Notes under the pieces: generated by a model
What the model was told of the DNA's origin: nothing
The model's database searches: none
The model's input: only the letters and a program-made list of their open reading frames with translations
Shown here: positions 46,463-56,009 of the stretch, one piece after another
How the letters are laid out: each line of letters begins with the position of its first letter
How positions within the stretch are numbered: position 1 is the stretch's first letter
Translations under genes and position numbers: made by a program
Assembly: GCA_964592405.1 (NCBI GenBank)
Contig: CAZQBY010000003.1
Location: forward strand, 1-64,000
DNA length: 64,000 nt
Reading direction: 5' to 3'
Source: an uncultured archaeon
Lineage (GTDB): Archaea; Altiarchaeota; Altiarchaeia; JAFGQM01

Positions 46463-47881
46463 ATGATTTCGACAAAGGTCGAAGACAATGAGCAGATAAA
46501 GGAGCAGGATCTCGAGAAGCTCAAGCTCAGCAATACTGTCTATCAAGAGAGCGGCACCAACCCTGTGACCATCTCCGTAGTGTTGCCTACCTTCAACAAC
46601 GGAAATCCGGAATATATAGAGACTATGCTTATGATAATGCGCAAGATAGGAAAGCTTATAGACCGTGGGGCAGTGGATGAGTTGGTTATCGTCGATGGCT
46701 CGCATGACAAGAAGGGACTACCCGACTCCGAATTCATCAAGTTCATGCTCGCACTGTGCGTAAAGCACTGCAAGACATTCTCAAAGGAGGTGGAGTTTGT
46801 CAGGAACCTGCCAGATGGTAAGCAGAAAAGCATGGAGGGGCGCTTTGACTTCTCAGTGCGCTTTTTAAGCCAGCTGGATCCCCTGCTTCACAGGATATTT
46901 CTAGACCACAAGCTTCTGACACCAAAGGAGATAGAGTTTCTGAAGAGGGGAAAGGGTGCCGGGCTCTGGTATGCCGTCCCAGTCACTTATGGAAATATCC
47001 TCTGTTTTATTGACTCTGATATCAAGTCTTTCAGAAAGTTTTATGTGAGCGCGCTCTGCAAACCCATACTTGATTCATGGAAATCTGACTGCAAGACCCG
47101 GACTTGCAATCCGCAGGTGCTCTTCACTAAGGCTGCCTACACACGGAAGAATGAAACGGCGGATGGTTTCAAGTTTGGCGGCAGGCTGGAGAGGGTCGGA
47201 ATGAGGCCCCTGTTCCGGGTGCTAAAGAAGATGGGATATTTCAATGGTCTTGAAAAGCTGAAATACCACCTCAGTGGAGAGTGTGCCTTTGCCATAGATG
47301 CCCTTAAGAGCATACGCTTCTCTAACGGCTATGATATAGAGACGTCCATTCTCTGTCAACTCTGGAAGCAGTTTGGGATAAACAGGATAGCAGAGGTCGA
47401 TCTTGGGATATATCAGCATATTCCCGGCAGTGATGAGCATATAAAGGACATGATGAGAGAGGTGGCCTCGGCCATCAGATACTGGACTGATGAATATGGT
47501 ATGAGGATAGATGTTAGCAGACTTGCCAATGAATACGCCAAAGAAGCTTATAACATGCTGCAGGAGTACTGGAACAAGGCCCTGAGTATGGAGGGGTTCA
47601 CATACAACAGCAGGGACCGACAGGCTGATGCCAAGCGCATTGATGAATTTAGGAAGATATTAATGAGCGTTTGGGAGAATGGCGGGAAGCCAAAACTCCT
47701 GCATTCTTGGAAGGAGATGGAAGAGCGGGCCAATTCGGAGAAGGGTTATTCATACCAGAACCTCAAGCTCTCCCTTCGCAAGCGCATCAACAAGTTCACA
47801 TCCAACATAATTCTATCCTCTATTTACATAGACAGATCAGATGACATCATCCAAAAATATTCTGGTGTTTACAGATCTTGA
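46463..47881 (+). CDS. gpgS: Glucosyl-3-phosphoglycerate synthase-like glycosyltransferase (GT81-like), extended
   Basis: GKGAGLW...TYGNILCFIDSD, GGRL...RPL, LSGECA, GYDIE. Confidence 0.75.
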   Translation: MISTKVEDNEQIKEQDLEKLKLSNTVYQESGTNPVTISVVLPTFNNGNPEYIETMLMIMRKIGKLIDRGAVDELVIVDGSHDKKGLPDSEFIKFMLALCVKHCKTFSKEVEFVRNLPDGKQKSMEGRFDFSVRFLSQLDPLLHRIFLDHKLLTPKEIEFLKRGKGAGLWYAVPVTYGNILCFIDSDIKSFRKFYVSALCKPILDSWKSDCKTRTCNPQVLFTKAAYTRKNETADGFKFGGRLERVGMRPLFRVLKKMGYFNGLEKLKYHLSGECAFAIDALKSIRFSNGYDIETSILCQLWKQFGINRIAEVDLGIYQHIPGSDEHIKDMMREVASAIRYWTDEYGMRIDVSRLANEYAKEAYNMLQEYWNKALSMEGFTYNSRDRQADAKRIDEFRKILMSVWENGGKPKLLHSWKEMEERANSEKGYSYQNLKLSLRKRINKFTSNIILSSIYIDRSDDIIQKYSGVYRS

Positions 47882-48647
47882 TGGGACTCTGATAGACCAC
47901 GATACATATTCGTGGGAGCCGGCCAGAGAATCCATAGAGATGCTAAAAGGGGCCAGAATTCCCATAATTCCCTGCACCTCCAAGACGCGTGCAGAGATAG
48001 AGTTCTATCGCAGAGGTATGGGGTTGGAGGATCCATTCATCTCGGAGAATGGAGGGGGTATATTCATACCAAAGGAATATTTTGACTTCAACTTTGATTA
48101 TGACAAGGAGGTTGGGAATTACAAGGTTATAGAGCTAGGAATGTCCTACGGGGACATAAGGCGTGCGCTGGATGAGATGCGCAGCTTTGGAGACATTACT
48201 GGCTTTGGTGACATGTCCGTAGAGGAGGTCGCCAGAGACACAGGACTCTCTCTGGAGGAGGCACGCATGGCCAAAGAGCGGGAGTATGATGAGGCATTCA
48301 TATTCAGCGGTGATGAGGAGGGCCTAAAGAGGGCCATCAAGAAGGCGGGCCTCCGGTGGACAAAAGGCGGGCGATACTGGCATATTATGGGTAACAACGA
48401 CAAGGGGAAGGCAGTCAGGATATTGACCGGACTATTCGCAAAGAAGTTGGGTTCTGTCCAGACTGTTGGGCTTGGTGACTCCCTGAACGACCTTCCCATG
48501 CTAGAGGCGGTGGAAATTCCAATACTCGTGCAGAAAAAGGATGGAAGTTATGATGCAAGAGTGGACGTTCCCGGCCTGATAAAGACGGATGCGCCGGGCC
48601 CGGAGGGGTGGGCCAAGGCCGTCAGAAGTCTCTTCCCCGCAGTTTGA
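47841..48647 (+). CDS. mpgP: Mannosyl/glucosyl-3-phosphoglycerate phosphatase (HAD IIB)
   Basis: FTDLDGTL, TSKTRAE, ENGGGIFIP, REYDE, GGRYWH, LGDSLNDLPML. Confidence 0.9.
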   Translation: MTSSKNILVFTDLDGTLIDHDTYSWEPARESIEMLKGARIPIIPCTSKTRAEIEFYRRGMGLEDPFISENGGGIFIPKEYFDFNFDYDKEVGNYKVIELGMSYGDIRRALDEMRSFGDITGFGDMSVEEVARDTGLSLEEARMAKEREYDEAFIFSGDEEGLKRAIKKAGLRWTKGGRYWHIMGNNDKGKAVRILTGLFAKKLGSVQTVGLGDSLNDLPMLEAVEIPILVQKKDGSYDARVDVPGLIKTDAPGPEGWAKAVRSLFPAV

Positions 48648-48816
48648 GTCCAGATATGGGTTTAATCCCGGCACAGTTCGGATAGGAACAGGATATCAAG
48701 GCTCCTTGCATCCGTCATGTTTTCCAGATATCTCAAATTGGTTTGGGATTCAAAAGTAAAATTGTGAGCGGATGCGTGCGAGATTTTTATAGTTCGACGC
48801 ATTACTTAAGAAGAAA

Positions 48817-49320
48817 ATGCTCAGAAGAAGAACTATGACAAAGGCCTTTCTAGTAGGTGTCCATGAGATGGAGAGGAAGATGGGGCCGGAGGCCACCGAC
48901 GAATGGATGCGCAAGATTGGTGAGAAGCTGGCGGAATTTGAAGGCCCGGGCATAATGGGTGAGGAAGTGGACGGTTTATACTGCTTCCGGATATGTCTGT
49001 TTGCACCAAAGCTGGATGAATTTTTGGAAGAAATGGGATATTGCCCTGAGGGCCATGAGGAGATACTAGAATATGTTAAGGTCAGAGATCAGGGGCCAAG
49101 AGGACCTGCCGCTGTCAACGTCTGTTGCTCCATGTGCCATGCTTATAGGAAAAGAAGGGGAAGGCTCTCGGGCAAGTCGGATCTGTTGCATCTGGGCGCA
49201 AGATACAAACTGACCGGAGAAGAGAATATCAACAAAGAGGCAATCAAGAAATCAGGTCATAAGATCAAGGACATTGAAGCTCTCCTCAAGAAGTTTGACT
49301 GCATTAATGCCTATGTATGA
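48817..49320 (+). CDS. Hypothetical Cys-containing protein, V4R/methanogen-output-domain-like
   Basis: IGEKLA helix, CLF and VCCSMCH motifs; overlaps the GH15 start. Confidence 0.5.
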   Translation: MLRRRTMTKAFLVGVHEMERKMGPEATDEWMRKIGEKLAEFEGPGIMGEEVDGLYCFRICLFAPKLDEFLEEMGYCPEGHEEILEYVKVRDQGPRGPAAVNVCCSMCHAYRKRRGRLSGKSDLLHLGARYKLTGEENINKEAIKKSGHKIKDIEALLKKFDCINAYV

Positions 49321-50522
49321 TGAACCTGAAGGAAGCCCAAAAACTCTATGATAAAAGCATAGAGATACTAAGGGAGAATCAGCATGAAAACGGCGGTTTC
49401 TATGCCTCGCCACCCGGGACCCGCTATCCCTATGTCTATGCACGCGACCATTCCATAGATGTCATGGGCGCAACCAGCGCTGGGCTTTTCAATGTTGCCA
49501 AAAAGGGGCTAGAATTTATGCTCAGGTATCAGAAGCCTAGCGGCGAGTTTGCACAGAGGTATGATGTAGAGGGCAATGACCGCTCATACAAGGAGCTGCA
49601 GATAGACGGCAATGGACTGGTGCTCTTTGCACTGGGAGATTATTGCAGGAAAAGCGGAGACTACTCCCTGGTGGATGAATACTGGGAGCACATAATGAAG
49701 GGTGCTGAATTCATATTGCAGAATATGAATGATGAGATTGGACTAGTCCACACGATAAACAGCATCCATGAGTATCCCGCCTATGAACAGGGGTTTGAGA
49801 TATATGCAAACTCGGCCTGTTGCGGTGGTCTGGCGGAGGTCGCCCGCCTGGCTAAAAGGAAGGGAGAGAAAGTGGGTGAAATAACCAAGGCAGTAAAGAG
49901 GATAAAAGCTGGTATCGGAAAGGCCCTTTGGAGCCCAAGGAGGAGATCCTTCATAAAAAACATACGGATAAAAAACAAGCACAGCAACCCTTTGGGCTAT
50001 GATCCCTATTCATCCGTGGTGACAGATGTTGACGCAGTTTTATATGCGCCTGCTTATTTTGGGATATTCCCAGACAGCGACAGAAAGATCAAGCTAACTG
50101 TTGAGAGGATACATAAGGAGCTATGGGATCTGGAGCTGGGTGGATTAAATCGTTATCCTGAGAGCTGGGGACGCAACAACGGGGGTTATGGACCGTGGTG
50201 CCATTTTACAGCCATGTTGTCACGCCACTATTCCAAGACTGGTATGAAGTGGATGGCTGACATATATCTTGGATGGGTAGTGGACAAGGCCTATAACTAT
50301 CTTCTCCCGGAACATATATCCACCTGTGAGCGCTTCCGGCTGTGGGAGGAGGAGTATACCAACGCCCACATCATGCGAGACGACAAGATTGTGATGCGCA
50401 GACGCATCAAAAAGCACCCGATGTGGAAGGAAGGCTTGGCATATGTAGTGGTTCCGCTCATCTGGCCGCATGCCGAATATATCATGGCCTATAACGACTA
50501 CAAGAAAGCCTTTTTGGGCTGA
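49317..50522 (+). CDS. Glycoside hydrolase family 15 ((alpha/alpha)6 catalytic domain only)
   Basis: ASP..RYPYVYARD, QIDGNG, GGLNRY, LLPEH, PLIWPHAEY. Confidence 0.85.
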   Translation: MMNLKEAQKLYDKSIEILRENQHENGGFYASPPGTRYPYVYARDHSIDVMGATSAGLFNVAKKGLEFMLRYQKPSGEFAQRYDVEGNDRSYKELQIDGNGLVLFALGDYCRKSGDYSLVDEYWEHIMKGAEFILQNMNDEIGLVHTINSIHEYPAYEQGFEIYANSACCGGLAEVARLAKRKGEKVGEITKAVKRIKAGIGKALWSPRRRSFIKNIRIKNKHSNPLGYDPYSSVVTDVDAVLYAPAYFGIFPDSDRKIKLTVERIHKELWDLELGGLNRYPESWGRNNGGYGPWCHFTAMLSRHYSKTGMKWMADIYLGWVVDKAYNYLLPEHISTCERFRLWEEEYTNAHIMRDDKIVMRRRIKKHPMWKEGLAYVVVPLIWPHAEYIMAYNDYKKAFLG

Positions 50523-50690
50523 AGTTCCGGCCACCTGAGCCCAGTCGGAAGAAGGAGGATTTCCTGGCCAGTGGCCTGACATAAAGGTCCGGGAAATGAG
50601 GGTGCAGGCTTTTCAAGATTAGTCTTTTATTTTGGAATATTCTAACTAAGCGCCATTGTCCGAATTGGAGAAGGCATTTGGAATCGTTGT

Positions 50691-50857
50691 GCGGCCGTGG
50701 TGTAGTCTGGTATCACTCAAGCCTTCCACGACCTTTTCTCGGAGAAAAGGTCGATCAAAAGAGGCCTTCGCCTCGTGAAGGCGCTTTCGGTCGACCGTGG
50801 ACTAGAGACTGGGAGCGGAGTGAGCTTGGAACCCGGGTTCGAATCCCGGCGGCCGCA
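50691..50857 (+). tRNA. tRNA-Gly(TCC) with a 94-nt intron at 37/38 (50729-50822)
   Basis: GCGGCCG/CGGCCGC acceptor stem, CAAGC/GCTTG anticodon stem, T-arm, CTTC/GGAG BHB helix. Confidence 0.93.
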
Positions 50858-51050
50858 CCTTACTTTTTCTTGAGTTAACCTTGGTGCGGTCTTCGCTTCA
50901 CTGCTCAAGAAAGCCATTGGGCGAAGCATGCTTCTCGCATTCGCTCGAAGCGGCGGCCACACTTACACATCATTATGGTGGCTCGTGCTGGCTGCTATGG
51001 CAGGAGCATCTGCCTAGAGGTGTATCCACCCTGCCATCCAAACGACCGTG
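50858..51050 (+). repeat. Degenerate tRNA-linked repeat region (possibly two tandem units)
   Basis: TCGAAGCGGCGGCCACAC (50945-50962) resembles the tRNA 3' end; AGAGGTGTATCCACCCTGCCATCC (51016-51039) resembles the shared core. Confidence 0.5.
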
Positions 51051-51082
51051 CTTCTTTTTCTTGATTCCCTCGTTATAGCTCC

Positions 51083-52444
51083 ATGAAGATAAGTTTTCTA
51101 GGAGCCTGCAGAATGGTTACCGGCTCCTGTTATCTCATTGAGACAAATGGGGAGAAGGTGCTGGTTGACTGTGGTATGTTTCAGGGTTCCAAAGAGGTTA
51201 CCCGGCTTAATTATGAGGGTTTTGGATTCAACCCGGAAGAGATATCATATGTTTTTCTGACTCATGCACATATTGACCATTCCGGCCTGCTGCCAAAGCT
51301 CTATGCAGAAGGATTTTATGGCAGAATCGTTTCGACCGGGGCAACTGCCGATTTGTGCAAGATTATGCTGGAAGATGCAGCTGATATGCACGAGCACGGA
51401 ACAGAGCATGAGAACCGCAGAAGAGAGGAAGAGGGTTTGCCACCAAGAAAGCCGCTCTACACTAAGAGAGATGCTAGGGGCGTCTGCAGGCAGTTTGACA
51501 GGGTCAACTACGATGAGACATATGAAGGTGGCTGTATTAGTGTGAGGTATTTTGATGCAGGCCACATACTGGGCTCGGCAATAATTGAGATGTCTGCAGA
51601 GGGCAAAAAGATTGTCTTTTCCGGCGATATTGGTCAGTGGGGCAGCCCAATAGTGAGAGATCCCACCCTGATAAGGGAGGCAGACTATTTGCTGATGGAG
51701 TCTACGTATGGAAATCGTCTCCATCAGGATGTTTCTGAGAGGGCAAACCTGCTGGCAGAATATGCCCGAGAAACTTACAAAAGGGGGGGCAAACTGCTTA
51801 TACCCTCATTCGCTGTAGAGAGGACACAGGAGCTACTTTACACAATAAAAAAACTAAAGGATGCCGGAGAGTTCCCACAGGAAGAAGTCTTTCTGGACAG
51901 CCCGCTGGCCATGAGAGCAACCAATGTTTTCGTCAAGCACAGGGAGTGCTATGACTGGGAGAGTCTGAGTTCTGACGATCCTATGGGATTGGATGAAATT
52001 CAGTACACAGGAAGTGTGGAGGCTTCCAAGAAGCTCAACCACTACAGCAAGCCGTGTATCATAATTGCTGGGAGCGGAATGTGTACGGGTGGTAGGATAA
52101 AACACCATCTCAAAAACAGTCTTTATGACTCAAGAAATATGGTGCTGTTTGTAGGCTATCAGGCAGAAGGCACTCTGGGCCGAGTAATCCTCGAAGGAGC
52201 CAAGAGAGTCAGGCTCTTGGGTGTTGAGGTGGATGTCAATGCCGAGATTCGCAGTATAGATGGGTTCTCGGCTCATGCCGATAGGAACGGCCTGCTCACA
52301 TGGGTCAAGGGATTCAAAAGAGCACCAAAAATCACTTTTATAGTCCATGGCGAACCAGATGCTGCAGAGGCATTGAAAGAGGGGCTTGAGAGGGGAGGTT
52401 TCTATTGCAGGATACCCTCAATGCTACAGACCATAAGGCTCTGA
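51083..52444 (+). CDS. MBL-fold beta-CASP ribonuclease (bacterial-type)
   Basis: VTGSC, THAHIDHSG, DAGHILGS, MESTYG, FAVERTQE, FSAHAD, VHGE. Confidence 0.93.
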   Translation: MKISFLGACRMVTGSCYLIETNGEKVLVDCGMFQGSKEVTRLNYEGFGFNPEEISYVFLTHAHIDHSGLLPKLYAEGFYGRIVSTGATADLCKIMLEDAADMHEHGTEHENRRREEEGLPPRKPLYTKRDARGVCRQFDRVNYDETYEGGCISVRYFDAGHILGSAIIEMSAEGKKIVFSGDIGQWGSPIVRDPTLIREADYLLMESTYGNRLHQDVSERANLLAEYARETYKRGGKLLIPSFAVERTQELLYTIKKLKDAGEFPQEEVFLDSPLAMRATNVFVKHRECYDWESLSSDDPMGLDEIQYTGSVEASKKLNHYSKPCIIIAGSGMCTGGRIKHHLKNSLYDSRNMVLFVGYQAEGTLGRVILEGAKRVRLLGVEVDVNAEIRSIDGFSAHADRNGLLTWVKGFKRAPKITFIVHGEPDAAEALKEGLERGGFYCRIPSMLQTIRL

Positions 52445-52508
52445 ATATCATAGCTATCCAAGAACCAAGCGGGTTTTTAACATTAGTCAGTAAAAAACTA
52501 CTGAAGAA

Positions 52509-54701
52509 ATGCCCGCCAAGAAGACCGGATCCCAGACATTTGGAACCTTCACCGGCGTTTTTGTGCCAACGTTCCTGAGTATTATAGGAGTTATACTCTT
52601 TCTCCGGCTGGGATATGTGGTGGGGGGTGCTGGAACACTCGGCGCTGCGATCATAATAATCTTGGCTGTATCAGTTACCTTCTCCACCGGCTTGGCCCTA
52701 AGCTCGATAACCAGTAATATAAGGATAGGAGCAGGCGGAGCTTTCTCCATAGTTTCAAAGACTTTGGGTTTGGAAGTGGGAGGTAGCGTAGGAATACCGC
52801 TCTTTCTCGCCCAGACATTCTCAGTGGCACTCTATATCTTTGGTTTCACAGAGGCATGGAGTTTTATATATCCCGGGCATAATCCCCTTCTAGTATCTCT
52901 TCTGGTTTTTGGATCCCTGTTTCTCCTGGTCTTCATAAGCACCAGAATAGCCGTAAAGGCCCAGTTGCTGGTTTTTATCCTTGTCTGTGTGTCTCTGCTC
53001 TCAATATTTATGGGCGGTAACCCGGATAAAGGGGGAGCACATGTGCCGCTGATAGACTTCTCTAGGATACCCTTCTGGACGCTCTTTGCATTGTTCTTTC
53101 CAGCAGTAACAGGCCTGATGGCGGGAGTTGGTATGTCAGGAGAACTCTCTGATCCCAAGCAGCAGATACCCAAGGGCGTTCTCTCCGCCCTGATAATAAC
53201 CACAGTTATTTATCTAAGTCTGGTGGTTTTCTTCGGCTACTTTTCAAACACGCTGGAACTGCTCAAGAACAACTTGATAGTCTTGGATCTTGCGGCCTTT
53301 CCCTTCCTGGTTCTTATAGGTATACTGGCAGCTACATACTCCAGTGCCCTTACCACATTCGTTGCTGCACCAAGGGTTCTGCTGGCCCTAGGCGAGCACT
53401 CAATATTACCAAAAGACAAAATGCTTTCCAGAAAAACCGGCCGTGGAGAGCCAAGGAATGCTACTCTGATAACAGGGATGATAGTCGCACTACTGCTTAT
53501 GATGGGTAATCTCAATATGATAGCGCCTATATTGACAATATTCTTCCTGATAACCTACGCTGCAATAAATGCCTCTGTTTTTATAGAACAGTCCCTCAGC
53601 CTGGTGAGCTTCAGACCAACATTCACAATACCGCGGATAATCCCGTTGTATGGAGCCATCAGCTCAATCGCAATAATGTTCCTGATAAACAGCATAGCAG
53701 GCCTCGCTTCCATATCCTTCCTAATACTCCTGTACCTGGCTCTGATAAAGAAGCCGTTTAAGGAGAAAGAGGGGGATATACGCTCAGGACTCTTCAGATC
53801 CATCTCCGAATGGGCTATCAAGGAAACTAAAAGCTTCCCCCGGTCACCCCATACATGGAAGCCCAATATCCTTATACCTGTTCTCACAACAAAGACTCTT
53901 GCCGGCAATTTTCCGCTGATACGAGATATTGCCCGCCCCTATGGCACCATGACTGTTCTTGGGTTTAATCTGGAGAGGAACATCAAGAAAAATCCGGAAA
54001 AGAAGGACATAACGAAAACCCAGATGAAGAAGGAGCTGACCGAGCTCCCCAATCTGGTAGAGAAGTTTGGCGAAAGCGGTATATTCACCTCCTTTTCAAC
54101 AGTAGATGCGAGGAGATATGTCGATGGCCTTATAGTCGCAATGGAGGCTATGGAGAGCCAGGTCTTTGCCCCCAATATAGTTTTCCTCCCCTACAAGCCG
54201 GACAGGCTACCCCAGAGAAGTCTGAAGAAGATAATCAACATAACCAAAAAACTGAAATGCGGGCTGATGTTGTTTGACAAGGAGGAACAGGTTGGACTGG
54301 GTTCTGAAAAGAATATACATATCTGGATATCTCCCAAGGCCCTCAGAAAGGACCTTTATGAGGAAAAATACTATGATCTTGCCATGCTGATAGCCTATGC
54401 CCTGTGGAAGAACTGGAAGGGAAGTATAACACTGTGGATGTGCGTCAAAAACAAGAGAAAAAAGCAGGAAGCAGAAAGATATCTCAGGCAACTGCTATAT
54501 GATGCAAGATTTCCAAAATCCACAACAATTAGGGTGGTTATTGGCGACTTTCACAGGGTTCTTGGAGAGAGCCCGGATGGGGATATCCACATGGTGCCCT
54601 TCCAGGCCAGTGATGTGAATGCTATCATCAACATAGCCAAGACAAGGAACAAATCTTTCCTCTTTGTCCTTGATTCAACCGAAGAAAGCATTCTGGCATG
54701 A
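52509..54701 (+). CDS. Cation-chloride cotransporter (SLC12/CCC-like APC permease)
   Basis: FGTFTGVFVPTFLSIIGVILFLR, FFPAVTG..AG, large C-terminal domain starting WKPNIL. Confidence 0.9.
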   Translation: MPAKKTGSQTFGTFTGVFVPTFLSIIGVILFLRLGYVVGGAGTLGAAIIIILAVSVTFSTGLALSSITSNIRIGAGGAFSIVSKTLGLEVGGSVGIPLFLAQTFSVALYIFGFTEAWSFIYPGHNPLLVSLLVFGSLFLLVFISTRIAVKAQLLVFILVCVSLLSIFMGGNPDKGGAHVPLIDFSRIPFWTLFALFFPAVTGLMAGVGMSGELSDPKQQIPKGVLSALIITTVIYLSLVVFFGYFSNTLELLKNNLIVLDLAAFPFLVLIGILAATYSSALTTFVAAPRVLLALGEHSILPKDKMLSRKTGRGEPRNATLITGMIVALLLMMGNLNMIAPILTIFFLITYAAINASVFIEQSLSLVSFRPTFTIPRIIPLYGAISSIAIMFLINSIAGLASISFLILLYLALIKKPFKEKEGDIRSGLFRSISEWAIKETKSFPRSPHTWKPNILIPVLTTKTLAGNFPLIRDIARPYGTMTVLGFNLERNIKKNPEKKDITKTQMKKELTELPNLVEKFGESGIFTSFSTVDARRYVDGLIVAMEAMESQVFAPNIVFLPYKPDRLPQRSLKKIINITKKLKCGLMLFDKEEQVGLGSEKNIHIWISPKALRKDLYEEKYYDLAMLIAYALWKNWKGSITLWMCVKNKRKKQEAERYLRQLLYDARFPKSTTIRVVIGDFHRVLGESPDGDIHMVPFQASDVNAIINIAKTRNKSFLFVLDSTEESILA

Positions 54702-54748
54702 GCAATGGGAGATTATTTTTAAAACAAAACCAAATAAATTTCCGATCT

Positions 54749-55474
54749 ATGGACAAGAGGATCTTATCTGGCATAGGTGGAGGAGTGGCAGTATTTGTGA
54801 TAGTTATGCTCATGATAATGTTCACAAGCCCGCATAGACCCAGGTGCGGTGACAACATCTGCAGTGATGCCGAGTCCTGTAAGTCCTGCCCGAAAGACTG
54901 TGGAAACTGTGCAACCCGGATAGAAGAGGCAGTGTGTGAAGACGGGCTCTTCTGGTGTGAGGATAAGGGGGAGTGTGTGAGATCGAGGGCACACTGTCTG
55001 GAAACACCATTTGGTGTGCATATTGCCGAAGAGGCCAATAAACAGTGGGGCGGAGCGTTTATCTACCCGGAGAGGAACATATCATCCACAGAGGGGTGGT
55101 GGAGAGCCAGTTTCAATGTCCCTGAAGGCGCACAGGTACTAGATGAGTGCTATATCTTTATGAGGGGAGATAGTAGCAGGGAGGCTGACGGTGCTTATTT
55201 TTTAGAACATGGCCCTGTCAACATCAGTGGCAGAAAGGTATGTGAGATAGAAGTCAGGGAAGGTCCGGTAAAGCCGTGCGGCAGGTTCATAGTGCACATA
55301 GATCTGGATGCCATGAAAGAGGGCTATGATGCTGAGGCTGACAACTGGCGCGATTTCTTCGACTGCGAAACCGATGGAACTGATTACTGCCAGCGTGAAT
55401 GCGATGCCATGATGATGGAATTGATGAAACAGGAGACATCATCAGTCAACATAACCAGCCACCACTCAACATAA
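54749..55474 (+). CDS. Cys-rich membrane-anchored hypothetical protein
   Basis: N-terminal TM; CGDNIC..ESCKSCPKDCGNC repeat. Confidence 0.7.
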   Translation: MDKRILSGIGGGVAVFVIVMLMIMFTSPHRPRCGDNICSDAESCKSCPKDCGNCATRIEEAVCEDGLFWCEDKGECVRSRAHCLETPFGVHIAEEANKQWGGAFIYPERNISSTEGWWRASFNVPEGAQVLDECYIFMRGDSSREADGAYFLEHGPVNISGRKVCEIEVREGPVKPCGRFIVHIDLDAMKEGYDAEADNWRDFFDCETDGTDYCQRECDAMMMELMKQETSSVNITSHHST

Positions 55475-55589
55475 CCAGTGGATGAGCAAATTCGGATATG
55501 CGATTACTGAATTCTTGGACATGGCTGCCCATCTGGATGTGATAACTTCGTCAAGGGGTACGCACATTCCACCATGGGGGAGGATAGTC

Positions 55590-56009
55590 CTAGAAAGTAA
55601 GTCCCTCATCCATGCTACTCAGTGGCAGGCGTCTGTTCTTGGGCAGGTTGTTTATTATTTTTCCCTGCTTTGGCTTCCCAACCCCTAAGATATATTTCTT
55701 GTATCTGAGTATGACATAATATCCGCTAGCCTCCTTTTCAATATCAAGACCGCACATCCACTGCTTTGCCTGTTGTTCATCCAAATCAACAAAATTCTGC
55801 GTGGCCAGTTGTGCAACAGCAAAACTGGGTCTGAACACCCTTTCCATGGAACCTGTGTATAAGCCTTGTCTGCCCCGAAGATCCATATTCTCTCCTGTGT
55901 AGATAAAGACGCGCTTGCCCTTGGCATACATTCTTCCCTGTGGAAGCTCTATTCCAAATTTGTCCTTCAGATACTCCCTGATGTGGTCAAAGTTGGGTTC
56001 CAAGTTCAT
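55590..56009 (-). CDS. RsmF C-terminal/NIP7-PUA-like protein
   Basis: VDLDEQQAKQWMCGLDI, GYYVILRY...LGVGK..IINNLPK. Confidence 0.8.
   Translation of the reverse strand: MNLEPNFDHIREYLKDKFGIELPQGRMYAKGKRVFIYTGENMDLRGRQGLYTGSMERVFRPSFAVAQLATQNFVDLDEQQAKQWMCGLDIEKEASGYYVILRYKKYILGVGKPKQGKIINNLPKNRRLPLSSMDEGLTF

Noticed and set aside
48760-48773. AATTGTGAGCGGAT, a 14-bp match to the lac operator
   Set aside because: The second half (AACAATT) is missing and there is no vector context; treated as coincidence.
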